Of a stretch of DNA of 64,000 nucleotides, positions 25,200-38,544 are shown in pieces. Within the stretch, counting starts at the first letter, position 1, and every line of letters begins with the position of its first letter. Made by a program: the position numbers and the translations under genes. The DNA comes from Eledone cirrhosa (lineage: Eukaryota). Under the pieces are notes generated by a model. It searched no databases, had not been told where the DNA came from, and worked only from the letters and a program-made list of their open reading frames with translations. The stretch covers positions 122,760,001 through 122,824,000 of the forward strand of contig OZ024742.1 in assembly GCA_964016885.1 (NCBI GenBank), in the 5' to 3' direction.

Positions 25200-26965
25200 A
25201 AAGAGATACAAAAATTCCTTTATGCTATCACAGAACATCATCCTATGCTATTACCCCAGAGCACCAAATAATTGTGTTGCTGTCACTAACAAGCAATCAT
25301 AAAACAAACCCCCGAAACAGTCAAAACCAGCCACTACTCTAACCTCCACATTTCTACTCAATAAAAAAAGTGTCAGCCCTTCCATTAATACACAAAAAAT
25401 GGAAGGTCCAATTAATTGAGGATTGGACCGACGACAATCCACACCACATCCCTTTCTTCATCTTTACTGAAACTATCTTAAAGAAAACTCTTACTTAAAA
25501 GCCGAATTGTAGCTGGGGATTTATACAACCATACGCGTGGATCGAGCTGGCAGAAGGAAGGGTGGAACTGCCATTTTCCTGCATGATTCCTTTACGTCAC
25601 ACAGAAATATCACATTTTCCAATGGCTACTGTGTATCAGTCACCGTACACAACAAACCATTGATTTGATAGTTGTTGGGCTTTATAGGTCACCCGAAACG
25701 CCCATACTCCCCATTAAAGTATGCTTCAACAGCATTAAGTACTTCATAAAGCAGATCCATTCTGGTAACATACATATGATGGGAGACTTTAATCTACCCT
25801 ATAGTAATTGGTTTACAAACAGTTTGAAACCAGATACTTCCACCTCAACCACTGACAAGGCAACAGTAGAGTCAAATCTCGACTTTATGGATGAATTTAT
25901 CTTGTCCCAACTTGTTCTTGCACCAACAAGATCTAAAATGACATTTTGGACCTAGTGTTTAGTAACCACACTAACGCTACATAATATTACAGTGGAAAAA
26001 ACCCCTTCTATCTGACCTTAACATGATTCTCTGTAACCTCAGATTCCACCAGCCGAAAGCTAAACCCAATGACCTCTCTCCTACTCACCCATTTGATAAC
26101 ATAAATCTTTATAATGTCAACTGTGATTCATTCACTAACGAGCTATCACATGTTGACTGGCCTTTCACATACGCACACATCTCCACCAGCATCAACATAT
26201 CATGGCAGATAGTTGTAGACACTGCCACATATATATGTTCGAAACACACCCCACTAAAATCTGTGTACAAAACTACATGTCGAATCTCCAAAAACAGAAA
26301 CACTGTTATCAGAAGAATATTTGGAACAAACAAGAATTCAACAACCTAAAATAGTGCCAACAGCAATACACTCAAATGACTGCTATTGCCCTGCTCGAAT
26401 CAAAAAGTTATAACCTACAATAATGCAGGAAGACCGTCATAAATAACAGCTCAGGAGAAATGGGATATCAAGAAAATCAAACTCAATCTCAAAGTATTCC
26501 TTTCATTTGCGAAAAAACACAAAGTCACTGTCTCGCCTGTTGGCCCTCTGAATTAGGAAAATTGCACTCCCCAAGACAATTCTAGAACCATGGATGAGAT
26601 ACTGAAGTTAAAATACTTCTCTGATTTCAGTACTCCTTAAATGGCTGACATTGGTTGTATCAGTGATGTTAATCCCCAACCAACTAAATCTGACATAACG
26701 TTTGGTTACAAACGGCAATAAACAAAAGTAAACACAACTCAGCAGTAAGCACCGATAAGTTCCCTGCTTGTGTCCTGGAGGTGTGTCGACACCAACTTGC
26801 ATTTATTCAAGCTAGTCTGTTTAGGAGCTCACTGCACGCTGGCTATATACATGAAAACTTTCCCTCCCAGTCTCTTGTCCCAATTTTCAAAAAGGGAAAC
26901 AAGTTCATTGCAGTGAATTACCGTCTGACCACACTCACTTCTCATATAATTAAGGTATTTCGGAT
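25200..26965 (+). pseudogene. Highly decayed CR1/L2-group LINE (APE endonuclease to start of RT)
   Basis: VVGLYRSP...MMGDFNLP..W...FILSQLVLAPTR (25665-25955) and VPIFKKGNK..AVNYR..TLTSHIIKVF (26781-26969); many stops and frameshifts. Confidence 0.8.
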
Positions 26966-28708
26966 ATGAATCGTAAAAAACAACTCCCTACATGAGTGGA
27001 CCATGATGTCGAAATCCTGATTTGAAAGAAGTTGCCATGTGGTGCTATTAAGTTTGACAAGGCTCGGGCCAATACTGATGAAATCTATCAGAATTATCAA
27101 TGTTATATGCGCATTAATTTTTGGTCGCATAAATTACTTTATTATGAATGTGTAGAAACAGAATATTCTCCTGATTCACATTTTAGCGTTGATATTTATA
27201 TGCCCTTACCATACTTCTATTTTTCTTTTCTATCTTTGTTTCCGCTTCATTATCTTGGAACGTTGAGATTCCAGGTTGTGATTAGAACACTAGGTTCGAC
27301 AAAGCCTGCTATCAATCCAGAATCGATACAACATTTACTAGCTGTCTACTGAGAATAATTCAATAGAATAATACCTGCATACATAGGTGTTGCTTTGTCC
27401 CGGTGTAATGCATCTTTATCATTGCCACTTCCTCATCGTCCACCTGTTCCTTCTTTTATCATTATCATCATCATCATCACCATCAACATTAACATCATCG
27501 TCGTCAACATTGTCATCAGGACCACCATCGACATCATAATCATCGCTACCACCATCACCACAATCACAGCCCCAGCCACCCCGACCCCACCACGAACTTC
27601 ACTATCACTATAGCCACCCCAACCACAACCATCACTATCACAACTACTGTAACCACCCTACCACACCAACAACAACCCCAAACATTCCTACTCATATCAA
27701 TTATGTGTGTTGTGCTCATCATGCAAGGTAGACTCTCTAGAAGTTTGTCTGCTTACATCTCAGACTTCGCTTTGTGTAAAAGTGCAAATTTGTTCATTCG
27801 TGTTGACTAAATTTTTTTTTCCTAATTGATTCACTCCCTGTGACAGGTCCTTTATTAGTTTCCAAAAGTCTTACTTTATGGCCATGGTGATAAGCATTAA
27901 CATGTTAGCTGTTTCTTTCTTTAAATATTCCTCTCTCGTCAAGTTGCTATATTCCATAACAATGCAGAATTCTTCTATAAAACATAGTTGATGTTCACAC
28001 CTCTTTGCTTCTATCTATTTGTCCTATTTTCTCTTTTTCTCTTTTTATTTTTTGGCAGTTTACCTACTTTCTCGGATTCACATTAGGTTTTAAAAAAGCA
28101 ATACTCAAGTAAGCTGGTGGTGTCTTGCACGAGGAAAAAATAATATGCCACGAAGTTTGTAAGTTCGTATTCCGAGGAGGCACAAGATAAAAGAAAACAA
28201 CAACAACAACAATAATATAAACGTATTGGTGTCATGTTTGTTCCCTCTCTCAAACTAAGAGTAATACCAGAAAATCCTGAAAAAGTAACAAATACTATTC
28301 GTAATGGAGAAACAAAACAAAATTTGATATTCAGTAAAAGTGAAGGGAAACAGGCAGAAGAGGCTATATATCTCAAATACTACAAAATATATTATTTCAA
28401 GAACGTTTCTTCTTGTGAAGAAGAAGCTAATTTCGTATATTTTGCAAAAATATACTGTTTCCCACATATCTATCATTCATCTTACACATTGGTTGAGTTC
28501 ATATTAAACACTTCGCAGTATATATTTCCTTCGGAGTTGCTGCACATCCATCACTTACGTATGACATGTGCATACTAACCTACATATGTTGAAGGTGAAC
28601 ATATAAAGGACAATTTCATGAGTATGGTAGGGTATTTACATCTACTTTGCTTTTTGGCTTCCCATATTACACCCGACAAAAGGTTTGCACTGATAACAGC
28701 AAGCATAT

Positions 28709-28747
<39 letters not shown>

Positions 28748-28990
28748 CAACAGCAGCAGCATAAGAGCAGTAGAGGAGCAGCAAAAATAATTTGTATTTT
28801 GTTGTTGAAAATGCAGATTTAGCTTATTAATAAAATGGTCCTCATAATTTCTATATCGGTATTAAAATAACGACCTTTAAAGATCTATAATACATTATAT
28901 TGCCCAACATATAAAATATAAACAAATTATTGGTGAATAACATTTATCTCTCTCTCATTCTCCCCTTCTCTCTCTCTCTCACACATACAC

Positions 28991-29041
<51 letters not shown>

Positions 29042-29220
29042 GTGAAAGAGTGAATAATAATATATACAAAAAGGGTTTATTTACAGTATTAACAATTGTT
29101 TCATTGATCATGAGAGTCTAAAGGCCGCTGATCACTCGACAACGCCGTACGTTAAAACTATTCGTAGTACAGAGCCCTCACAACCTCTAACTGGATTACC
29201 TAAAACGATAACTTGTTATC

Positions 29221-29307
<87 letters not shown>

Positions 29308-29319
29308 AAAGTCTGTCTC

Positions 29320-29515
29320 AAGCCCGTAGGTTCATCAGGCCGGTGCTAATCCCGATTTTCACAGCGTTAAGCGACTGAAAGTACAATACTCCCCATTGGA
29401 CAGGACGTTAGACCTTTGCATTGTTAAACTACCAGTTATTGCTGGTACTCATTTTCAGTTGAGTATGCTGGAGCAACATGAAATGAAGTGTATTGCTCAA
29501 GAACACATCACACAA
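29320..29515 (-). mobile_element. SINE-like repeat of a second family
   Basis: gctggtactcattttcagttgagta..ctggagcaacatgaaatgaagtgt.ttgctcaagaacac resembles a common cephalopod SINE body (recognition, not a database match). Confidence 0.55.
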
Positions 29516-32059
29516 CGCAGGAATTTAAGCCTTGGTACATCTAGGTATATTTAAAAACAGGAAAAGAATGACTTCACTTGTAGTTCTAAATAATTTGATT
29601 TAATTTTATAATATTATGATTTGGTAGATCTAGTAAGTTCTTTGTTAACTTCCGTGGCAAGATTTTAAAAGATTCCTGGTTAACTTTCCTTGGGAACATT
29701 CTCGCATTCGTCGGTGATTGTCAAACTGAGATCCGGTTGTGTTGTGATGTGTGACTCTATATATAAGAGAGATTTGGATGTGACCAGTGGGGAGAGGGGT
29801 TTGTTTGCTATTTTATATATGTCTTGTTAATGTCTACTCAATAGTTTTTGCTTATATAAATAGTTTTTACTTATACCCTAGCATTTAAAAAAATGTATTA
29901 TTACACACTGTTTACTAATATTTTCCAGAAACAAAGAGATGTAAAGAGAAAGCACGAAACATATACAGAGAATGAATTGACCCCAATACTTGAATTCTTT
30001 TTTAGCAAATTGAAAATTAAGAAAGGCAAAGGTAACCTCTGCGAAATTTGAACACAGCAATCGCAGAGTGCCGATAAGAATACTGCAAAGAATTCATTTC
30101 GATGGTCTTATGACTACCAATTTGCCTCCTTTTCGGTTGAAATAATAGATAAAATATACATGTAGTGTAGAAATATATCTTGTGGCCGTTTATGATTTCT
30201 CTGTTTTACTTACGACGACTGAGCAGTAAAATCTGGTCATTTATTATTGATTATCATAATTTAATTTTTATTGGGCAGGTACTTATTTTATATTACGTCA
30301 TGATCTTGTGCATATTCTATACATTTAACACATATTTCGTAATATTTCTTATAATTTCAGGTAGAAGTTGCTTTCATGTGTTATCTTAGTCACTTTGTGT
30401 AATTAATCCTGTTCGTTGTCAATATGACTTTTGTTCAATTTAGTATGTATAAACGTGGAACTAATGGGTGATCACTCACAGTATTTGAAACATATTACTT
30501 AAATGTATATGCATGACACCATAATTCCAAGTCGTAATAGCACCGTATTAACATACGGCATCTTTAGGGCATTTTGTATACCTAGTGGAACCAATCTCCT
30601 CTTCAAATCTGAATACAGTAGATTTCCTCCAGAGAAGGATAGAAAATGAGAGAATGGAATTGTGGAAGAGATATAGAAGACGAATCCACTCCAGTGCTAG
30701 ACTGGTACTTTTTATTGACCACGAATGGATGAAGAGCAATGTTGACCTCAGCGAATTCAAACTCAGCAAAGGAATATTAGAAAGCAGTCTATCCGACGTT
30801 TAAACGACTCAGCAATGTATCAGGGTTTCCTTCAAGAAATTCTGTCGAATATCATGATCGTTATTTAATTAACATTAACGGATTTTATATCACTTCTGTA
30901 TGAGGATTTGATATTAGCTCGTGGTGTATCACAAGAAAATAGAATGTTTATTATATAAAGAGTAGGCGGCAAATTTGTTCAGTCGTTATAATGAACGATT
31001 TAATGTCCTGTTGTATTTGTTGGATCTCTCCAAATTTTAATACACTTCACCCCATAATCTCTCCGCCAAATGAGCACACAAACGCAAGTTCAGCACCACA
31101 TTACTCAATCTAAATATAGCCCTGTATAGAGACAAAATATAGAAGGAGGGCGTTTCCCTGGGGTTAGTCACTTTGAATTCCCTGGCCATGTCCTGACTTG
31201 ATTTCGTTAATATTTAGAAACATTCTTAGAAAAGTCACGATGTTGTTACTTCTTAATTGAAATGGCATGTTGGAAACATTCAAGGATTGTGTTGGAGTAA
31301 CCGATAGAGGAGAGATAAAGTAAATGCATGCGAACCTACTGAGATGTTACATCAACCTGGCAGATATCGCTTGATTTCTCATACTGCTCCAAGAAGATGG
31401 CTTCTGATTCAGGTAAAAGGCCAACAATTTGTGTGGGTTGGAAGTCAATATATAGACCCAGGGGGTTACTGGTACTTTATTTTATTGACCTCGTAAAGAT
31501 AAAAGGGAAAGCTAACCTTCGCGCGATTTGAACTCATAACGCGCAAACTACACAATTAATAGCATGTCATTTAGGTCGTATTGAGTGTATTTGTCAGTTT
31601 GCGATAGGTGTCTCTACGGACTACATATTAATAATCTGTAAATGTAACCCATAATTCCATGTTACTGGAATATGAACGTAACCGTTCCACCTCGAAAAAA
31701 ACGTCTATTTGTGGTTTAGCAAACTAGTTATGTTGGAATTAACAAGAGCGTTCATCAATGAATAAAAAAAAAAATAGAGAATTGACTATTAGATTAACCA
31801 AAGGAGAGTCTGAGAAAATTATAATCTTCTTCTTCTTCTTCTTCTTCTTCTTCTTCTTCTTCTTCTTCTTCTTCTTCTTCTTCTTTGATGGGGTGTCATT
31901 GGGGCAGGGTTCTCAAGCACTTCTTTAAGCGTGTCTTGTCAGAAGCAACTGTCTCCAATTGATCGTTCTGGATACGCAAGAGAGAGACCAGCCGATCGCA
32001 TGGATGTTATCCACCCATCTTGCTGGGATCTGTCCAGTGATTCTTTCTCGAGACATGTC

Positions 32060-33660
32060 CGTAACATCGGAAACTAAAGTATTCAGCAACTTCTTAGAGA
32101 AATATGAAACGTTGACAGGTGCAAAGATCAATCCGGAAATGTCACTGGGTTTGCAGTTCGGCACCTAGTGAATCACAATCATGACACTCAACAGAGTCAT
32201 CGGTCACTGGACGGAGGGTCGGAAAAAGTTGCTCGGGGTTTGGTGTGGTCAATACCTTCACCTGTATAAGTACTGGGACGTGGTAACGAAGATGCTGGCC
32301 ACTCTCACCCAGAAATGAGCCAAGATGAAGCTATCTCTGAAGGTTCGGGGAAAGGTGGCGAACGTGGACTTCGTGTCCGTCGTCTATTATCGCCTTACCG
32401 TCGTGCTATGTCCGGATCCACACCTCACCAAATTGGAGCGCATGCTCTTCAAACTTTTCTGAAAGGAACAGTTTTTAATGGTGAAGCGATTCATCTTCTG
32501 CCAACACCCTTTACACCAGGCATGGGCAACCTTTTTCGAGAAGCGGGCCGCATGAGATATGACTCCTCATCAGGCGGGCCGCAAGCGCTAATTTACATTC
32601 GTGTCGACATTAAAAAAGGGTGGTAACTCAGGTTGTTCTGATTTGTTTCTTCAGAATTCGTATACGTTTTTTTCTTCGATCGTAAAAATTATAGAAAGAT
32701 AAATTACGACTGAACAGTTTGGGTAAAACAATCAGAAAGATTTCACATAGGGGACTTAGGTGAACAATTCAGAAAGCTTCGCGGGCCGCAGGTTGCACAT
32801 GACTGATCTACACGGATGGCTAGTCATGCCGTGGTAGATGTTGCAGAAACTTACGCTGAGGCTACGGCATCTCCAAATATTCCTAAATGGTGAACAGATG
32901 TGGTCCGCCGTTTGTGAGACAGGTCTTTCCACACCCCTATATTTGACTGAGCTTCAGTCGTGGGTCAAGCGATGAATGAGACTGGGCGCCTGACATCTGC
33001 AATTTTGTTAAGTGATCACAGCCCGCTACCCGTCGGGCAATGCAGTCTGTGTTAATTCTACCGCCGCCTTCTGTAGAAGACTAGTGGTGGGCATGCGCGA
33101 AGACTTTCTCGGAGAAAATCCGAGCGCCGACGAACTCTCTGGCCTGGCAGTGATCTCTTGAGCACTGCCGATTTGAGAGAAACGCTACAGGCACGGAATG
33201 TACGTAGAGCGATGAAACCGTTTTGCACGCACTCGTCTAATGTCCATCTATGACCCGACTCTACTCTGAAGATCACATTGCCACTTTCTTTTGGCCATGA
33301 AAGGCAGGAAGTGTTCCGCTCTCTTTTGTCTGTATCAAAAGTGATTGTGTGGTGAACGCGACTGAAAGGAGTTGATACAGTGACTTTCCTTTTCGGTCAA
33401 GCCCTGATTAATTTAGCGTTCCGCCTAGAAAAGAAAGTGAGGGTGGGCAGGAAAGCACTACCCCCAGTACATTTGTTACATGTTGAGTAAATATAGCGAG
33501 GTTCATTATAGTGAATGAGCCTTCTCTGACCAAGTATTTTATTGTTAGTAATTTATTTTAAATTGTTTTCTGACAACTTTTCACACGTTTCATATAAATC
33601 CTCACACTCCCTATTTTTTTTATTGCGCTTTCAGTATCGGCTATAGTGGCCAATCAATAA
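32060..33660 (+). mobile_element. Old, 5'-truncated L1/Tx1-like LINE copy
   Basis: LEKYETLTGAKINPEMSLGLQFGT, KLSLK.R.KVAN and CQHPL are homologous to ORF2 of the neighbouring copies; ends gtggccaatcaataa + AAT repeats. Confidence 0.8.
32517..32805. mobile_element. hAT (Charlie-like) non-autonomous DNA transposon/MITE
   Basis: TIRs CAGGCATGGGCAACC / GGTTGCACATGACTG, internal GCGGGCCGCA motifs, imperfect 8-bp TSD ctttacac / atctacac. Removing it restores the LINE frame QHPLHGWLVMPW. Confidence 0.85.
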
Positions 33661-34393
33661 ATAAATAATTAATAATAATAATAATAATAATAAAAATAAT
33701 AATAATGTTTTCTTTATTAACCACAAGGGTTTACATAAAGTAGACATTAAGGACAGTACAGGACAATACAGGACGGTACAAATGGGCATTTCCGCGTGTA
33801 AAAAAACAGAGGATGTAATAAAATAACAAAGAAAAATTCCCCAATAGGGGGGAGACTTCCGAGGGACATTTGTGGAGAAAGCCCATTAAAAGACCACAGT
33901 GACCCTGACCACCAGGGCAAGTGCCCTCTCCCAGTTTTCCACCTTTAATTTACAGACACATACTCAGAGAAGGCCCATTCATTCGGGCCATACTTGCTTC
34001 TCTCACCCATCTTTCCACAAAATGCTGGGAAGAGAGCACTTCCCTCTCTACTCTGATTTTCCTTTTCTAATGAAATTTGAAAAAGTTAATCAGGGCATCA
34101 CCGAAGAGGTAAGTGCTCGTCTTCAGCCCTTTCAAACGTGTCCACCACACTATCTCTTTCGCCATGGCCACCAGACAGATAAAAACTGCCTGCCCTTCCC
34201 GGCTAAAGAAAGAGGGAGGGACAATCCTCACGATGAACTCAGCTGATAGCTGGATCCATCCTACACGTGACAGCAGGTGTTCGACATAAACCCACAAGTC
34301 AGCAATGCTCGGACACTGGACGAGTGCGTGCAGGACGGTTTCGTCGCCCTGTGCGCATCACGGACATGCCCGGCTGACGGCGCCTCCATGCCC

Positions 34394-36277
34394 CTAGAGT
34401 TTATCCCGAACTGGCAAAGCTCCCCGGTAGCACTGCCAGGCCAGAGATTTCTGGAAGTTGTCCATAGGCCCCGGCCCGAAAGTCCTTCCGAAGAGATTGG
34501 CTAGTGGATTTTCGTCAACGCCTAGAGTTTCTTCAAGTACGTCGTCGCCCTTCCCCTCAACTAATCCCCGATAGAACGCAAAGGTGGAGTTTCCACCGAT
34601 CACATTCCCCGATTGGTCGAGGGCTGTGAGCGCCTGAAGACATTCCAGTCTCCAAGCGCCCCCTCTCGGTCTTCGCTTGACCCAGGACTGCAGTTCCGTC
34701 AAGGAGACGAGCTGGGGAAAAACGTGTCTAGCAAACGGCGACCACACACACCTGATCACCGTCGAGGAAGAGGTGGAGATGTCGTAGCCTGAGCGCGTGT
34801 CTGCGCATCATCAGCCACGGCATGCCCAGCCCTCCACGTAGCGGGTGTTGACAGCAGATGGACGGCCTGACCATTGGAGCGCGTCCCTTCCACAAGAAGC
34901 GAAAGAGCAAACGCTCCATGGCAGTCAGGCGGGGCTTAGGACAAGGTACGACGGTCAGGCGGTAGTAGATGACGGACGCGATGTACGCGTTAGCCACCTC
35001 CGCTCGACCTTTCAGGGATAGCTTCCTCTCCGCCCATTTCTGGGTGAGAGAAGCCACCCTGCTCGTCACCTCGTCCCAGTTTTTGTCCGTCTGGAGGTCT
35101 GGACCAAACCAGACCCCTAGCAATTTAACCGGTTCGTCCGTCCAGCGCCCGACGACGCTGTTGGACGGCATGGACCTGCCTCTCCAGGTGCCGAGCTGCA
35201 TGCCCACTGACTTTTCCTGGTTGATCATTGTTCTTGTCACCGCTTCGTATTCTCTTAGTGTAGTGCCTATCGCCTCGATGTGTTTGGCGTTCGACACCAC
35301 TACGGTGACATCGTCCGCATATGCTGACACGGATCTTCCGCATCCTAGTTCGCACGGGACCCACCTCAACGTCTCCAGTTTGTGCAGTAATGGCTCAAGA
35401 GTCAATACGTACAATAGGGACGAGAGGGGACATCCTTGGCGGACCGAGCGCATGATGTTGAACGGTTCCGAAAGGTGACCGTTCACTCTCACTACAGAGC
35501 AGATGTCGCTGTGCATGGCAACGATACAGCCTCTGAAGACGGGCCCAAAGCCAGCCGCCCTCAGGACTGCCGCTAGGTAACGATGGTCGACCCTATCGAA
35601 GGCTTTCGACTGATCTAAATTGATCAAAGACCCACCCGTGCCAGGTTCCCTAGCTACCCTCTCTACGAGGTATCGCATGAGGTGGAGGTAGTCGTGGATG
35701 TATCTGTCGGGAATGGTGCATGTCTGTGCCTCCCCCATCAGACCACCAACGTCAAGCTCCAACCTCTTTGCTAGCACCTTGGCCAAAATCTTGAACTCTG
35801 TGTTTAGCAGAGTTATGTGCCTAAAATTATCTATGTTATCCCCCTTGTTCGGATCCTTTCTCAGCAGCGCCACCGCTCCTCGGCTCACAGAGCTGGGAAT
35901 TCTCCCGTGCTGTTGCCAATTGCAGTAGACGTCCGCCAAGAGGCCTCCGAACAAGTCTGGCATTTGTACGTAAATTTCATAAGACAGACCATCCAAACCA
36001 GGCGATTTACCCCTTGTGCAGCCAGTCATTACCTGCCGTACTTCAGCGGTTGTTATCGGCTTTTCGCAACACTCCGCCTCAGTGGCCGAGAGCCGCGGCA
36101 GTCCGTCGAGGTAGACACTAAAGTCCATCCCTCGATCCCTCCGCCACTGCCCCCGAAAAGTTGAGCGAAGTGTCGCTGAAAAGCTTCACACATTTGCCCG
36201 GGATCGAGAAGCATGCGCCCGTCGTGGTCCACCAAAGACCGGATCGTGGCTTTGTTGCCACGACGCGCCTCCGCCAC
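34394..36277 (-). pseudogene. LINE ORF2 reverse transcriptase and C-terminal region (frameshifted pieces)
   Basis: KSPGLDG, NFRHITLLNTEFKILAK, LDQSKAFDRVDH, SVRQGCPLS, SAYADDV, KLLGVWF, GGLGMP. Confidence 0.93.
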
Positions 36278-37371
36278 TCAGGCCCATTGAACGGCTTTCG
36301 TCCCCTCGTGTCTGAGAGCACGCACCCTAGCTCTGACAACGCAGCCTTCGTGCTTTGCATTGAAGAATTGGTCAAGGGCCAATTTCGCCTCAAGTACGTC
36401 GGTCGCGATGCCTTTGCTAACCGCCTTGTCTAATTTTCTAACTAATTCTCCCTCTGCTCTATTTTTCTCTATTGCTAAAGCCTTACTAAACCTAATGCAC
36501 TCAATTCTAATTGCTCTTTTCACAACAAACCACCACTTGTTGTTGACGATGGCCCCCGTCAACGCCCGCTTAACTAGTTCGCTAATCCGGTCTCTGTAGG
36601 CCTTGCGCGCTGGTAAGGACGCGTTTAGCTTCCAGTAGCCGGGTCCTCGTCTATGAAGCCTATCTAAGTCAAGCACACAGATCACGAATTTTGGTCCGTG
36701 TAGCTGACTATCTTGAATTGTGGACAGCCTATGCTAGACCTATCTATTTCCCTACAAAATACTCTATCTAGATATGATCTGGATGACCCTATGCGATTTG
36801 TCCAAGTCCACACTGGTACATTCGGGAAATCCATTCGGTACCTGTCACACAGTTCACAACTCCTGAGCAGGTTGGTGAGACTCTTGCACCCTCCTTCCCT
36901 ATCCACTAATTCCACACAATCCCAGCGTGCATCTAAGATCCCGTTCCAGTCGCCCACTAACACTAAAGAGCGGGACGTTCCAAGAAAGGTCTCCAGACGC
37001 CGGAAGAAATCAGGCCGCCCTGCTCCTCTCGGGGAATAGACGGCTACTAACCTGAAAGCTTGCCCGTCTCCGCTGGTCACGTCCAGCACCACCAACTTAC
37101 CTTCTGGGTCCAGGAAGATGGCCCGTATGGCAAGATCCAAACCTCTCCGAAAAAGCACAGCAACTCCACCCCCCGATCCCGGACGGCTGGGAGATGCGTA
37201 CACATCGTAGTGCCGAAGATCGGTGCAAAGGCCCGTGCTTCGGAGATTCTGGTCTCGCTGATGGCCACTACATCTATGTTTAGTGACCTGAGGTCGTTGA
37301 GCAGGTGGCCCTGCTTTCCATGACGACCCCAAGCCACGCGCATTTATGCTGCCTATTCTGAGTGAGGTCAT
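36278..37371 (-). pseudogene. LINE ORF2 APE endonuclease (frameshifted)
   Basis: IGSINARGL, DVVAISETR (alternate frame), LVAVYSP, LVGDWN, WTW, SYLDRVF, GPGYWKLNASL. Confidence 0.9.
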
Positions 37372-37759
37372 GTTGAAAAGGAGTGGAAAAGATGGGAAAG
37401 ACCACTTACCTTACTTCTCGTAGGGGAAGGACGGTTTTTCCATCCTTTTCACTGCTTGTGGCCTCCTCAGGAAGGATGTCCTTATAAATCCTCCTGGAGA
37501 GTGCTTGTCGGAAGTCTCCGATGTCTTTGGGGAATTTTTGTTTTAGTGTCATGTACGTTTTCTGTGTGATGCGAGTGATTTGTATGTGTGGAGGTGGTGT
37601 GAACTTTTGGGTTGTTGTGTAGTTTTTTCCTGTGATGCTGGTGTTGTGTTGGATGTAGTGTAATAATTGGTTGTTGTTCAAATTTAATGCTGTGTAGTGT
37701 GTAACGTTTGGGTTGTTTTGTTTTGTTTGCGTTTGTTGTGGGTTTGTTTCTGTTTCGCT

Positions 37760-38524
37760 TTATGGTGACTTGTGTGGTGTTGGTGATGGTGGTGTTGGGG
37801 TTAATGATGGTGATAGTGTTGGTGTTTGTGGTGATGGGGTTGCTGATGCTGGTGTGGATGGTGGCATATCTGTCCTAACTTTTTTGTTTGATAGTTTATT
37901 TTTTTTCCTTTGTATTTTGTTTTTGGAGGGGGAAGGGTCAGAATTTTTTCTTTTTTGGTTTCTTTTTTTCTTTTTTCCTGATACCGTTTCCCACTCCTCC
38001 TCGTCACAATCTGTCTCCAGTTGTGATAGGCCGGGGAGTGGAAACTCCTCCACAGGCGTTGGTTTTGGTTGTGGCGTGGTGGATGGTGTAGGCGCTGGTG
38101 CTAGTTCTGGCGCGTTGGGTGGTGGTGTTGTTGGTTTTGCTACTGTTGCTGGGGTTGTTACTGTTACAGTTGCCTCTGTTGTTGCTGCTACAGTTGTTGC
38201 TGCCATCTCTGCTGCTGGTGTTGTTGATGGTTGAGTCACTGGGGTGTGTAAGTGATGTGGCCTCAACCTTTTAGCCTGAGGGCAGAAAGCCCTTAGGTGG
38301 GTTCCTTCACCACAAACGACACACCTAGGCCTTCTGCCCTCGACGATTACGGTGAGGTGGCTGCCGTCAGTGAGGTCTATTACTTCTGGGATCTCCTCAA
38401 TGCTGTTTTGGTCCGCTTGTAACCCGAGCAGATGTGTGAAGCTTTTCAGCACTTTGCTGATCTGTTCGGGGGCAGCGGCGGCGCGGATCGGGGCATGGAC
38501 TTCAGTGCACACCACGCCGGACAA
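37760..38524 (-). pseudogene. LINE ORF1 fragment (gag-like zinc knuckle, Pro/Thr- and Lys-rich tail)
   Basis: VIVEGRRPRCVVCGEGTHLRAFCP (CX2CX4HX4C) and WETVSGKKKKR. Confidence 0.8.
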
Positions 38525-38544
38525 CCGCGCTCAGGACAACCGCA

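Larger units (their letters stand above)
33707..38530 (-). mobile_element. L1/Tx1-like LINE: partial ORF1 + frameshifted ORF2 + 3' UTR with AATAAA and (ATT)n
   Basis: Collinear ORF1 (CCHC), APE, RT and C-terminal fragments on the minus strand; the end reads gtggttaataaagaaaaac(att)n. Confidence 0.92.
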
